From IMG/VR virus record IMGVR_UViG_2540341127_000002, positions 1,290 to 65,289 of that record: 64,000 nucleotides of DNA; one strand, written 5' to 3'. This DNA comes from a virus (lineage: Duplodnaviria; Caudoviricetes). Below are positions 9,811 to 19,181 of this stretch, one piece after another. How positions within the stretch are numbered: the first letter of the stretch is position 1; every line of letters begins with the position of its first letter. The notes beneath the pieces are model-generated. The model saw only the letters and a program-made list of their open reading frames with translations. It had not been told where the DNA came from and ran no database searches. Both the position numbers and the translations under genes were made by a program.

Positions 9811-10028
9811 GCGCAATCCCTCCATTTCGCGGTGTAGCGCGTCTCGCGCGGCCATTTGCCGTCCGGCGTCTGGTAAAAACGCGGCGCGTCGGGGTTGGCG
9901 AGCAGCAGGCGATTGTCGATCGTCAGCGCCAGCGCCCGCTCGGTCGTGTCGAAGCGTTCAGCGGCGCGGTCGAGCGGGCCCGTATAGGCAAGTCGGCCGC
10001 AGCAGTAGATGTTGACGACGCGCCGCAT
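9807..10028 (-). CDS. Hypothetical phage protein
   Basis: Coupled small ORF. Confidence 0.4.
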   Translation of the reverse strand: MRRVVNIYCCGRLAYTGPLDRAAERFDTTERALALTIDNRLLLANPDAPRFYQTPDGKWPRETRYTAKWRDCA

Positions 10029-10345
10029 CACGCTCTGCCCTTTTCGTAGTGGGCGTCGAGCTCTGTGAGTGCCTTGCGCAGCACGTCGCGAAGATCTCGC
10101 TTGCCCCAAAAGGTCACGGCGCTGCTGTCGTCATCGCCTGGCCTGTGAATGAACGGACCTTTGAGTTCGAATGCCTCGCCGTCTTCCTTCACCGATACGG
10201 GACGAACGCCGCCATCAATCATCGGCTTGTAAGAGACGGGTAGCTCCAGATAGAAACGCAGCCCGGTGAATGAGTGGCCGTCGATCTCCTTCGAAATGAT
10301 CTCGATCCGGTCCGTCATTTCTTCTGCGTAAACATTCACGCGCAT
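10028..10345 (-). CDS. Hypothetical phage protein
   Basis: RBS upstream; protein-like composition. Confidence 0.65.
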   Translation of the reverse strand: MRVNVYAEEMTDRIEIISKEIDGHSFTGLRFYLELPVSYKPMIDGGVRPVSVKEDGEAFELKGPFIHRPGDDDSSAVTFWGKRDLRDVLRKALTELDAHYEKGRA

Positions 10346-10365
10346 TTCGATCTCCTACGAGGCTC

Positions 10366-10608
10366 TCAGACATGAAAGATTTCGATCGTCACAGGACCGT
10401 TGCGCATGTCGCCGGTCATCTGGCCGTCGAGCATGGCGCGCTCGCGCGGCGTCAAATTCCGGTATTTGGCGATACGCACGTCGCCGCGCATGATTCCGCA
10501 TGGGCAACCGACGCAGGATGATCCGACGCTGTAGCCGTTCTCGTGCAGCCATTGCTTGGCGGCGGCTTGGGCGGCGAAGTCGCCCTGATCGTGAAATGTC
10601 TTGATCAT
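10366..10608 (-). CDS. Hypothetical phage protein
   Basis: GDFAA..A..WL..NGYSVG, IAKYRNL, GDMRNGPV. Confidence 0.65.
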   Translation of the reverse strand: MIKTFHDQGDFAAQAAAKQWLHENGYSVGSSCVGCPCGIMRGDVRIAKYRNLTPRERAMLDGQMTGDMRNGPVTIEIFHV

Positions 10609-10620
10609 CGTCGTTGTCTT

Positions 10621-10851
10621 CTATCTGCGCGCCGGCATGCCCGGCGTCTCTAATTCCGCAAGTCGATTGGCGCGGCGGTGAAGCTCTGCGAGCGACGCGC
10701 GCTCGGCTTCGCTGCGCGGCTTCGCCTCTCTGCAGGCGATCATCACCGCGCGCGGCCCGGCGTCGCAGAGCCAGAAAGAACGGACCAAGCCGAAGGCTTC
10801 GATGACGGCGCGATTGAAGTCGCGCGCCACGGATGGTTCGCGCGCGCTCAC
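10621..10851 (-). CDS. Hypothetical phage protein
   Basis: ORF in operon orientation only. Confidence 0.35.
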   Translation of the reverse strand: MSAREPSVARDFNRAVIEAFGLVRSFWLCDAGPRAVMIACREAKPRSEAERASLAELHRRANRLAELETPGMPARR

Positions 10852-11085
10852 GGGTTCGCCCCGTGAAAGGCGGAGTAGAGGCCAAAGGCCGCGATCGCGA
10901 CCGGCAGGAAGGCGACAAGAATTGCGTCGATGTTTTTCATCTGATCCAACACCTTCCCTGAAAGGCGCAATCGCGCGAGGAGAGAAAATCGAGATGTCGT
11001 CGGCGCGGCTTGACCCAGAGCGAGTCCGCCGCGTAGGCGAGCGCCATAACGACGATGAGCGCGAGGTGAAAGCGCGGCGCGGCCA

Positions 11086-11358
11086 TCACGCGCGCCCTTT
11101 CATTTCCGGCTGGCCTTCGAAGCGAGCGATCTGCTCCTTCATCATCGTCACGATGTCGCGACGATCCGCGCCGTTCGAGATGTAGTTGCAGCGCCCGTCT
11201 TGCGCGCCGAAAGGGAAGACGAGCAAAACGAAACCCGTCTTGCGGTCAGATCCCTTCGCCTCGCCGTTGAGGAATTCGTCGAGCGTCCGCGCGATCGCCT
11301 GCATCTTTTCGCGGTAGCTGTCCTCAATCGGCGCATCGCCGAGTCTTTCCTTGCTCAT
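11086..11358 (-). CDS. Hypothetical phage protein
   Basis: GFVLLVFPFG...CNYISNGADR; ATGA coupling. Confidence 0.7.
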   Translation of the reverse strand: MSKERLGDAPIEDSYREKMQAIARTLDEFLNGEAKGSDRKTGFVLLVFPFGAQDGRCNYISNGADRRDIVTMMKEQIARFEGQPEMKGRA

Positions 11359-11750
11359 CGCGCAATCCTCGCTTCGTAAACTCCGCGTCTTTGCAGTGGC
11401 GCGAGTTCGATGCGCAGCTTCCTCGGACGCTTCGGAAATGGCCTGACCGCGATCTTCCGCTTCGGCGGAATGAACGCGCCGACGTGATTTGCCTCTCGGC
11501 GCTTCGCCTTGGCGATCGCGGCGACGTCGTCTTTCGTCTTCTCGGCGTGGCAGGGGATGCAGAGAATGCGGGCGTTCTCGAATGTCGGCTCGCCCGTCAA
11601 TCCGTCCGGATCGTCATGGTCGCATTCATAGGCGCCCGGCTTGACGACGGCGTAGCAGCGCGTCCCGTTCTCAAGAACGCCCTCGCATCTGCCGCCGCAA
11701 TGCTTGTAGCGGGCGACGATGATCGAGCGTTTGAAGTTCTTGCGGGCCAT
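11355..11750 (-). CDS. HNH endonuclease
   Basis: CGGRCEG...ECDHDDPDGLTGEPTFENARILCIPCHAEKT. Confidence 0.85.
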   Translation of the reverse strand: MARKNFKRSIIVARYKHCGGRCEGVLENGTRCYAVVKPGAYECDHDDPDGLTGEPTFENARILCIPCHAEKTKDDVAAIAKAKRREANHVGAFIPPKRKIAVRPFPKRPRKLRIELAPLQRRGVYEARIAR

Positions 11751-12646
11751 CACTCCGCCTCCTCGACGAACTCGCCGGAGGCGTTGAGCGAATACCAAAT
11801 GCCCGCCTTGATGCCGTTCTCGCCGACCTTGCTCGCGCGAATGGCGAGGATGTCGCCGTCCTCATCGCGACAGACGAGGCAGATCGCGCCGCCTTCTCCG
11901 GCTTTCGCTTTCGATCTACGCCCGAGTGCGGCAGCAACAGAATTCTTGCCGCTGGTGGCTGCGTTCGACCCGTAGCCGCTGGTGGCTGCGTTCGCCCCGT
12001 CGCCGCTGGTGGCTGCGTTCGCCCCGTCGCCGCTGGTGGCTGCGTTCGACCCGTAGCCGCTGGTGGCTGCGTTCGCCCTGTCGCCGCTGGTGGCTGCGTT
12101 CGCCCTGTCGCCGCTGGTGGCTGCGTTCGCCCCGTCGCCGCTGGTGGCTGCGTTCGCCCCGTAGCCGCTGGTGGCTGCGTTCGCCCCGTCGCCGCTGGTG
12201 GCTGCGTTCGCCCCGTAGCCGCTGGTGGCTGCGTTCGCCCTGTAGCCGCTGGTGGCTGTCGATTCCTTCTCGACCGTCGCCTTGTCGAAAATCCATCTCA
12301 CCGCGCGTGAGACGATCTCGCCGATCGAAAGCTCGACGCCGATCGTGATCGTGGCGCTGGCGATCTTCGTATCTTCGTCGTGACGCGCGAGATCGCCGCT
12401 CTGCTCGACTTCATGAAAGCGCGAGACGCCGACGGGATAGTAACGAAACACGTCGAGCGGGTTTTCGCAGGCATGCCAGCCGTTCTGGCAGACGACGATC
12501 GGTCCTTCGACGGAATAGGTTTTACCGACCTCGAACTGAAAACCGCGACACTTCAGATCGCGGTCGAAGCCCTTCACCGTCTTGACGACGACGGGCGCAG
12601 TCGGCGCGACCGCGGTGATTTTGGTTTTTTTCGACTTGCGCGCCAT
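11750..12646 (-). CDS. Phage protein with 9-aa tandem repeats (DUF7666-like)
   Basis: KGFDRDLKCRGFQFEVGK, GWHACENPLDV, (ANAATSGDG)n, VGENGIKAGIWYSL. Confidence 0.88.
   Translation of the reverse strand: MARKSKKTKITAVAPTAPVVVKTVKGFDRDLKCRGFQFEVGKTYSVEGPIVVCQNGWHACENPLDVFRYYPVGVSRFHEVEQSGDLARHDEDTKIASATITIGVELSIGEIVSRAVRWIFDKATVEKESTATSGYRANAATSGYGANAATSGDGANAATSGYGANAATSGDGANAATSGDRANAATSGDRANAATSGYGSNAATSGDGANAATSGDGANAATSGYGSNAATSGKNSVAAALGRRSKAKAGEGGAICLVCRDEDGDILAIRASKVGENGIKAGIWYSLNASGEFVEEAE
11948..12258. repeat. 27-nt coding tandem repeat, about 11.5 copies
   Basis: Unit gccgctggtggctgcgttcgccccgtc with few variants. Confidence 0.95.
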
Positions 12647-12784
12647 TACTTCCTCCGAATGCGGCGCGGGGCGACCCGCAGACGCAGCGCCGCAAGCCGG
12701 TCGGCGACGAAAGGCGCGAGCGCCGAAGCGAACATGGCGATGTCAAGCAGGTTCATGACGGCGACCTCCCGGCGCGGACGGCGA

Positions 12785-12952
12785 TCAGCGCGCGCGGCGC
12801 GCGGGGACGCGGACGCGGCGCAGCCGGGCGAGCTCCGAGCGGATCGCGACATATTGGGCGATCAAGCCGCCGACGCAGAGCGCGAGAAACGGCAGCGAAA
12901 AAAGCAGGGTCGCGAACTGCTGTTCGGTGAGCAATGAATGAAGGAAGGACAT
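12785..12952 (-). CDS. Small membrane protein, first gene of the leftward operon
   Basis: GGAG RBS; one hydrophobic helix. Confidence 0.5.
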   Translation of the reverse strand: MSFLHSLLTEQQFATLLFSLPFLALCVGGLIAQYVAIRSELARLRRVRVPARRAR

Positions 12953-12994
12953 GGTCTGGTCTCCACAGGCGAAGCGCCTATGGAGGGATGATAG

Positions 12995-13040
12995 GTTGTA
13001 ATTTTCCAACTCGTCAATAGGAAAGTTGGAAATCTTCAAC
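12995..13040. promoter_or_regulatory. Putative left operator/promoter: two GTTG-N8-CAAC palindromes
   Basis: gttgtaattttccaac (12995-13010) and gttggaaatcttcaac (13025-13040); TTGACG on minus strand between them; same motif between CI and Cro. Confidence 0.8.
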
Positions 13041-13078
13041 TTATTATTGCGCGCGGTCTAGTTGCGGGCTACGGTCGG

Positions 13079-13642
13079 TTGGAAACGGAGGCGGGGATGG
13101 CTGAAGGAATGCTTACGCCCGGGGATATGGAAAAGCTCGCGATTAACGAGCGGGTGGCGCGGGAGGCGTTCGATCTGGGTCAACGCAGGCTCGCCGATGC
13201 GCTTGAGACGAAGGCGCACTTCGACCATAAGGCGACGACGATATTCACCGCCTTCGTCACAATCTCGCTTGCGGTTTTCGGCGTGGGGGCGGCGATCCTA
13301 CGAGACCCGCTCTTGCGCGAAACGGCATGGGCGTTCTTTTGCTCCGGGACGTTTTTCGTCGCCGCCGCTTTCGTTTCAGCGTGGAGCATGCGCGGGATGG
13401 AGTATGGGTATATGGGCTGGGCCCCTGAAGTGTGGTTGCGGTCAGGCGTCATCGACGGCGACGACCAAACTGTTGGCCATATGCTCGCCTATGGCGCGCA
13501 CAGAACAGTTCACCTAATCGCGCAAAGCCAAGCGTCGAACAGCGCGAAAGCCGCACTGCTGCTGAAGGCCGTCATCATCGGCGCGTGTGGCGCGCTGGCG
13601 TTCGGCGCGTCGGTAGGGCTGACGCTCTGGTCTATCGGGTGA
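13079..13642 (+). CDS. Multi-pass membrane protein (immunity-region cargo)
   Basis: Three hydrophobic segments; start may be ATG 13097. Confidence 0.7.
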   Translation: METEAGMAEGMLTPGDMEKLAINERVAREAFDLGQRRLADALETKAHFDHKATTIFTAFVTISLAVFGVGAAILRDPLLRETAWAFFCSGTFFVAAAFVSAWSMRGMEYGYMGWAPEVWLRSGVIDGDDQTVGHMLAYGAHRTVHLIAQSQASNSAKAALLLKAVIIGACGALAFGASVGLTLWSIG

Positions 13643-13758
13643 TTAGCCCGCCACCGATATCTTTCTTGCCGGTATCGCTCGGTTGTTCCGGCGGCGGCGG
13701 AGGCGGGTCCTTCTTATCGCTCATAATGGTCTCTGAGGCTTTAGATCCAAAGGGGGAG

Positions 13759-14055
13759 TTAATGGCCGCGAGCATGCTTGTTTTCGAGGGTGAAGGCGGC
13801 GAACTCGCTTCTTACCTTGGAGTCGATTTTAGCGAAGCCGCGCCGTCGCGCGAAAGCGAGGAGCTGATCAGGGTCTATTATGATTCGTTCGATCAGGACG
13901 CGGGACCCCTGCCGCCGAAGGTCGTCGATTTTCTGACGCATCTTGGCTTCCCACTGGTCGAAGGCGGGGATCATTGCATCGTCGCAAATCTCTTTAATGC
14001 GCTCATAGTCCTCGCGCCGAAACCAGGCGACGGCGACCGCCCTTAACGCAGCCAT
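13759..14055 (-). CDS. Hypothetical protein
   Basis: GGGAG RBS before MAALRAVAVAWFRREDY. Confidence 0.6.
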   Translation of the reverse strand: MAALRAVAVAWFRREDYERIKEICDDAMIPAFDQWEAKMRQKIDDLRRQGSRVLIERIIIDPDQLLAFARRRGFAKIDSKVRSEFAAFTLENKHARGH

Positions 14056-14154
14056 CTTTTTCTCCCGTTGGGTTTCCGGGTCACCGCCCGCCACAGCAGC
14101 GCCAAACATAACATTTCTGTTGACTTGATCAAGCACAACATATATGTTGCGTCC

Positions 14155-14343
14155 ATGAACAGTAGGCAGGCCAAGCGCTATCTCGCCCAAAAGGGAGCGA
14201 CGTTCTATCCCGGCAAAGGCGGACACCTTCACGTCACGCTTAACGGCAAGCGCTCGGTCCTACCGCAGCATGGCGGATCGAAAGACATTCCCAAGGGGCT
14301 CTGGCTTTCGATCCTCAAGCAGCTCGGCATAGAGGAAAAATAA
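14155..14343 (+). CDS. hicA: HicA-family toxin
   Basis: GKGGHLHV...SVLPQHGGSKDIPKGLWLSILKQLG; TTGACT upstream. Confidence 0.9.
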   Translation: MNSRQAKRYLAQKGATFYPGKGGHLHVTLNGKRSVLPQHGGSKDIPKGLWLSILKQLGIEEK

Positions 14344-14345
14344 TC

Positions 14346-14762
14346 ATGCGTTACGCCGTCACGCTCACCAAAGACGGAGACGGGATTTCCGTTTGCGTCC
14401 CCGACATCCTGGAAGCCCTTACCTTTGGTGAGGATCGGGACGATGCGCTCGCCCGCGCGTCTGATGCGATCGAAACCGCCCTCATGGGCTATATGGCCGC
14501 CCGTGAAGACATTCCGGCGCCAAAGGCGAAAGGGCGTCACTACGTCACGCTGCCCGCCCTTTCCGCAGCGAAGATCGAACTCTATTCGGCGATGCGCGCC
14601 GCCGGACTCGGAAAGGCCGCGCTCGCCAAGCGGCTCGGCGTCGCCCTGCCGCAGATCGACCGATTGCTTGATCTCGGCCATGCCTCGCGGCTCGACGCGA
14701 TCGAGCGCGCCTTTGCCGTGCTCGGCAAGACCATCAGCATCGAAGTGCGCGACGCCGCGTAG
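14346..14762 (+). CDS. hicB: HicB-family antitoxin
   Basis: VCVPDILEALTFGEDRDDALARASDA; C-terminal HTH. Confidence 0.9.
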   Translation: MRYAVTLTKDGDGISVCVPDILEALTFGEDRDDALARASDAIETALMGYMAAREDIPAPKAKGRHYVTLPALSAAKIELYSAMRAAGLGKAALAKRLGVALPQIDRLLDLGHASRLDAIERAFAVLGKTISIEVRDAA

Positions 14763-14775
14763 GAATTACCCGCTT

Positions 14776-15396
14776 TTATTGTCCCGCCATGGCGGGAGCG
14801 CGGGTCAGGGGCTTGCTCAGCGCCGGGGCGAATTGTTCCGGCGGCGGCGCGTCGGCGCCGGAGCTGGTCGGCCCGCACAATCCGCCTAATGCGCCGACCG
14901 GGTTCTGGCCGGCGGCGCGCGCTTCGGCAATCGCATAGGCGCAGTATCCCCAGTCTGGCCGGCGGCCGAGCACATAGTCGACGCGCTTCCAAAACAGCCG
15001 ATAAAGCGGAACATTGTCCATCTGGCCTTCGAACGTCGATCCGCCACTCCCCTGTCCAGCTTCGGAAATCGACACGCTCGCGACCATTTCCCCGGGCGCT
15101 TCCTCGACGGTGAACTCCCATTTTTCCCGGCCCGTCGCGGCCGCAAGAACGGCATAGATGAAATATTTGCGCAGCGCGGTGAACCCGTGGGCGGTGTGGC
15201 GTATCTCAACGTCCTCGGGGTCTGAATGCTTCATCACCGTTTCCGCGGCGCGAATGATCCGCTCGCGGTCTTCCCCCTTGTAACGCCGCGTCGCTTCGGC
15301 GAGAAAATCGTCCCGATCGACGATCCTGTGCGAATTGCAGCCCGCGAGCGTCGCTACGGCGATCACAGCTGCAAGCGGCATTATGAATTTCAACAT
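14776..15396 (-). CDS. Lipoprotein
   Basis: Signal peptide with lipobox LAGC. Confidence 0.8.
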   Translation of the reverse strand: MLKFIMPLAAVIAVATLAGCNSHRIVDRDDFLAEATRRYKGEDRERIIRAAETVMKHSDPEDVEIRHTAHGFTALRKYFIYAVLAAATGREKWEFTVEEAPGEMVASVSISEAGQGSGGSTFEGQMDNVPLYRLFWKRVDYVLGRRPDWGYCAYAIAEARAAGQNPVGALGGLCGPTSSGADAPPPEQFAPALSKPLTRAPAMAGQ

Positions 15397-15448
15397 CTTT
15401 GTAACCCCCGTGCGCTTTAATCAGGTCTTGCGTAAGCCCTACGGGCGG

Positions 15449-16348
15449 TTAGCCCGCGTCGGCAACTGCGTCATGGAAATCGTGCTCATGGACGATAAGA
15501 AGTCGCGCGCCAGCTTTGCGTAATTCGACCGCCTTCTCCACCTTGCGCCCATAGCAGGCATACATCCAGCAAGGGTTTCCCTCGGCTCCAACTATCAGAT
15601 ATTGCAGGTTTGGCGAGACGCCGTGCAATGGCCTACCCCCTCGTTCGATGACGAGATCGAAAAATTCCGCCCTCGTGTATTTTTCCGACGCGCCAGTGAA
15701 ACAGAATGTCGACCCGCCAAACGAAATCTCCGGCTGCACAGCGCACACGCCGACGATGCGCGCGCCTTCCAAAAGAAGCGGCTGTTTGATTGTCCTGTCG
15801 TCCAGAACGGCGATAAATTCAGCGAAGAAACCCCGAAGCGTTTGATGCGTCGCCGCATCAATGCCTTCTCCCGCCAAAACCCCTGTGACGAGGCTCGAAA
15901 CCTCATCATATGGCCATAGCGTCCTAAGATGATCGCGCTCCTCGAGCCAGTCGGACAGGCCCCTCAGTTCCTGCTCTGTAATTTTGCCATCGGCCATGAT
16001 CCCACCCAAGACTGCGTGCAGCCTTTGCATGTCCGCCGCCGTCCCCCCGGTGAAATCTGACGAGCGCAACTTTTCACAAAGCCATAGGATGTCCTGCTTC
16101 TCTTCGTCTGAGATGACACCGTCAGCAATTGCGTTTCTGACCACAGGCGCCAGCTCATTAAACGGGTGAGTATCCGTGACGGCGCGATGTTCAAGCAGCC
16201 ATGTTTCTAGAAAGGCGACCTCGTCACTGTTTATCTCGCCGTCGATGGTGATGCCTTCGACGATTCCGATGAGCGAATTTAAAGACTTCTCTAGCCGAGA
16301 CCGTCGAGTGAATTTGAAATACTTGGTATGATCCGCGTGCATGATCAA
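15449..16348 (-). CDS. BRCT-domain protein with TerB-like N-terminal repeats
   Basis: Two DG(E/K)I...E motifs; FCFTG...GG...VSPNLQYLIVG...W..CYGRKVEKAVEL. Confidence 0.85.
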   Translation of the reverse strand: MIMHADHTKYFKFTRRSRLEKSLNSLIGIVEGITIDGEINSDEVAFLETWLLEHRAVTDTHPFNELAPVVRNAIADGVISDEEKQDILWLCEKLRSSDFTGGTAADMQRLHAVLGGIMADGKITEQELRGLSDWLEERDHLRTLWPYDEVSSLVTGVLAGEGIDAATHQTLRGFFAEFIAVLDDRTIKQPLLLEGARIVGVCAVQPEISFGGSTFCFTGASEKYTRAEFFDLVIERGGRPLHGVSPNLQYLIVGAEGNPCWMYACYGRKVEKAVELRKAGARLLIVHEHDFHDAVADAG

Positions 16349-16365
16349 CCTCCATGCCGGCCCTC

Positions 16366-17085
16366 TCAGAGCCTTGAAATTCTCCCCGCTACGCGACCGA
16401 TAATCGCGACATTTTCGCCATCCAGAATGAGTTCGAAAGGCTCATATTTCGGGTTGGACGATCGGCAAATGATCCGTGGCGGATCGCTGTTGCGCATCAA
16501 CTGGACGTGCTTAACGATCACGCTGTCACCATCCCTGATCGCGAAGATGGCGTCTTGTTTTGGGTCTTGGTTCGAGCGATCAATGAGAACCCGATCTCCA
16601 GGCGAGAGGTCCGGCAACATCGAAGGGCCATCAATGGAGATGATGTCCGTGAACTGTGAGCTGAGCCGCATTTCTCCCTTCAGCCACGAGGAAGGAAAAA
16701 ACCATTGGTCCTTCACACGCTCTTGCGCTTGTCCTGCCGAATGATCCCCAGGCAGCGCATAACCCCCTCCGTAAGATGCGCCACCGCGCAAGTCGTATTC
16801 CGGGATGCCGCGTGTCTTGTTTTCAACAATCGGTTCCGACGGCTCTTGGTGCGGGCGATTGAGTCCCCTCGTTTCGCCGAACTGCGATTCGGTGAGCTGC
16901 TCCGGCGTCCAGTCCAGCGCCTTAGCAAGCTTCGCATAATTACCGCCTTGAATACTCGTCTTCCGGTCGATCAAAATATCGTTTACGAAGCCCTTCTTCA
17001 GGCCCCCAATCCTCTCGGCCTCGAACTTGTTTCTACCAAGCTCAACCAAGCGGTCTGAAACAATTTCCTTCAAAGACTTAGCCAT
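16366..17085 (-). CDS. CI-like repressor (HTH + S24 peptidase)
   Basis: GPSMLPDLSPGDRVLID, IVKHVQ, SSNPKY; divergent from Cro-like gene. Confidence 0.9.
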   Translation of the reverse strand: MAKSLKEIVSDRLVELGRNKFEAERIGGLKKGFVNDILIDRKTSIQGGNYAKLAKALDWTPEQLTESQFGETRGLNRPHQEPSEPIVENKTRGIPEYDLRGGASYGGGYALPGDHSAGQAQERVKDQWFFPSSWLKGEMRLSSQFTDIISIDGPSMLPDLSPGDRVLIDRSNQDPKQDAIFAIRDGDSVIVKHVQLMRNSDPPRIICRSSNPKYEPFELILDGENVAIIGRVAGRISRL

Positions 17086-17165
17086 ATTGGATTTATACAA
17101 CACGCCGTTATGGGTTTCTGGTTGTATTTTTACACTTGACATGGTTGGATTTTTACAACCATATT
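17086..17165. promoter_or_regulatory. Right operator/promoter: three GTTG-N8-CAAC-like sites plus TTGACA
   Basis: attggatttatacaac 17086, gttgtatttttacact 17121, gttggatttttacaac 17144; TTGACA 17136-17141, CATATT 17160. Confidence 0.82.
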
Positions 17166-17171
17166 CCAGTC

Positions 17172-17456
17172 ATGGAAAAGGAACTTGTCGCCAATCTCAG
17201 GGCTGTTTTCGACGCCTTCGCAGCTGTCTCGAAACTGAAGGCCTCGACGACGTGGGCAAGAGCGGTTGGCGATGCGCGGTTCATGGACCGGCTCTCGTCG
17301 GGATCCAGCTTCACGATCAAAACCTACGACAACGCGATCAAATGGTTCTCCGACAACTGGCCTGACGGCGCTGTTTGGCCTGCGGATATTTCGCGGCCGA
17401 CTCCTTTCGTCAAACAAACAGCATCCGCCTCCCCTTTCACAGAGGCCGCGCCGTGA
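17172..17456 (+). CDS. Cro-like regulator
   Basis: Divergent from CI; WFSDNWPDGAVWPADISRP signature. Confidence 0.8.
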   Translation: MEKELVANLRAVFDAFAAVSKLKASTTWARAVGDARFMDRLSSGSSFTIKTYDNAIKWFSDNWPDGAVWPADISRPTPFVKQTASASPFTEAAP

Positions 17457-17668
17457 CGATCCACGTCCTGCATCGCGCCGAAGTCTTGACGGTCGCCGCC
17501 GGCGACGACGGCGAGATCGCGATCACCTTCCGCTCGCGCGACGACAAAACCAAGATCGAAGCGATTGGTCTGCAGGCCGCCGACGCAGGAATCTTGATTG
17601 AAGCACTCTCAACTGTGCACGACGGGCGCTCGCCGCGCGTCACCATTCGCGAAGAGGGGAATGCCTGA
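17453..17668 (+). CDS. Hypothetical phage protein
   Basis: GTGA-coupled to Cro-like gene. Confidence 0.55.
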   Translation: MTIHVLHRAEVLTVAAGDDGEIAITFRSRDDKTKIEAIGLQAADAGILIEALSTVHDGRSPRVTIREEGNA

Positions 17669-17970
17669 TGTTTCGGATCAAACACGCTTTCTCGCATCTC
17701 CTCGATCGCTTCTGCATGGCGGTCTACCGCCGCGGCGAGCGCGCTTGGAAAAACTCTCCCGAGCGCGCCGCTCGGCGCGCCGCCTGGCTGGCGTCGCCGG
17801 AGCGCGCAGTGGAAAGACTGAGAATAAGGGCGGAGGTCTTTGCTGAGCATCAAATCCTCCGCCATCGCCCTAGCGACGGGCCTGTTCCAGACCGAGAGCG
17901 GCTAATAGCCGACTGGCTTCTTTCTTTTGAGCGTCAGGCGTCCATGCGTCCTGGAATGCGCGCGCAATGA
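17668..17970 (+). CDS. Hypothetical phage protein
   Basis: Coupled start with RBS; overlaps an antisense ORF. Confidence 0.45.
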   Translation: MFRIKHAFSHLLDRFCMAVYRRGERAWKNSPERAARRAAWLASPERAVERLRIRAEVFAEHQILRHRPSDGPVPDRERLIADWLLSFERQASMRPGMRAQ

Positions 17971-18139
17971 GCGCCTCGCGAAACCTCTCGGCGAAGGAGT
18001 ACTCGTGCTCGATGAGCGCCGTCGCGATTGCGACGATCGCATCGAAATGCGCTTCGCCAGTGAAAAGAAGATCATCCCGCATCGTCGAAACTCTCATGGC
18101 AAGGTCTTCGACGCGCGCTTCCAGTTCTTCGATATCCAT
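17870..18139 (-). CDS. Hypothetical protein
   Basis: GAGGA RBS; helical acidic protein. Confidence 0.45.
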   Translation of the reverse strand: MDIEELEARVEDLAMRVSTMRDDLLFTGEAHFDAIVAIATALIEHEYSFAERFREALIARAFQDAWTPDAQKKEASRLLAALGLEQARR

Positions 18140-19181
18140 GGTTCGTCCTCATAGGTTGTCCAAGCCTTCCCATGATGGCGAAAGCCGCGGGGCGCGCAAG
18201 CGTTCCGCGGCGCGGTTTCAAGACGATCGCGACCCGCAATGGGGCGTCTTCGTCTGGGGCGCTGTGATGTTCGCATTCTGGATCGGCGTGTTCATCTGGT
18301 GGAAGGCGTCATGACCGATCCCGACGACATTCGCCTGAGCACGCGCGCCTCGCTGATCCTCATCGGCTGCGCCGGCCTCGCGCTCGGTCTGTTTCTGTAT
18401 TTCGGCAAGGTCGCGATCGATGAGGCTGTGCGCCTCATCTTCGGGCCAGGCTGATCGTGAGCTTCGCGGCGATTTCGGATCCCGCCGCGTCGTCCTGCGC
18501 CGCAAGGAATGTGCGGCTCGCGTTGCGGTGAGAGTCGCAACGCTCCGTTGAGCCCTCCTTGGGCGTTTCCTCCCTCAACTGCCGGGCGCTTCGGCGTCCG
18601 GCTCTTTTGGGGAACTGAATTTGTATCTGCTCTTCCGACTGGCCAGTTGGCCCGCAAATAAACCGAGCATCGTGTTTCGAAGCGGAACTAGGAACGCGCC
18701 GAGCCATGGACGGCATCATCAGGTCTGACCGGAGGCCAAAGAGGATTCCATGGACGACGGCGGTTTGGAGGCGGGTGTGCATCTCGACCGTTCGTTACTG
18801 GTGACAGCGGGAGAGACTGCACGGAATTTTGTTTCGACGGGCTCCTTCGAGACGCCGCTTCGCGGCTCCTCATCAGGTGAGGTTTCGAAGGCGGCGGACC
18901 GGCCTGTCGTTCCTGTGTGCGTCGCATCGCGTTGCGTCTGATTGGCGTCTCCGCGTCGCGTTGCGTCGAGTTTCGTAAAGGAGTTTGGGGAGGCGGACGC
19001 AAAACCTTTCGCCGCCCCGCGTTTGACTGGGGCTGTCATTCAGAATTCGTTCGATGACGCGCGCGGCGGGCTGGCCGATCCGCGTCCAACTGTCCGAGTG
19101 AGCGTCTATCTCGTCTTCGTCCATGTCCCGATAGGAGCATGTCGACGCATGACGAATCGTCAGAGATTTGAGGACAAACGC

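Noticed and set aside
11948-12258. CRISPR or diversity-generating-retroelement repeat
   Set aside because: Contiguous in-frame coding repeat with no spacers; no reverse transcriptase in the window.
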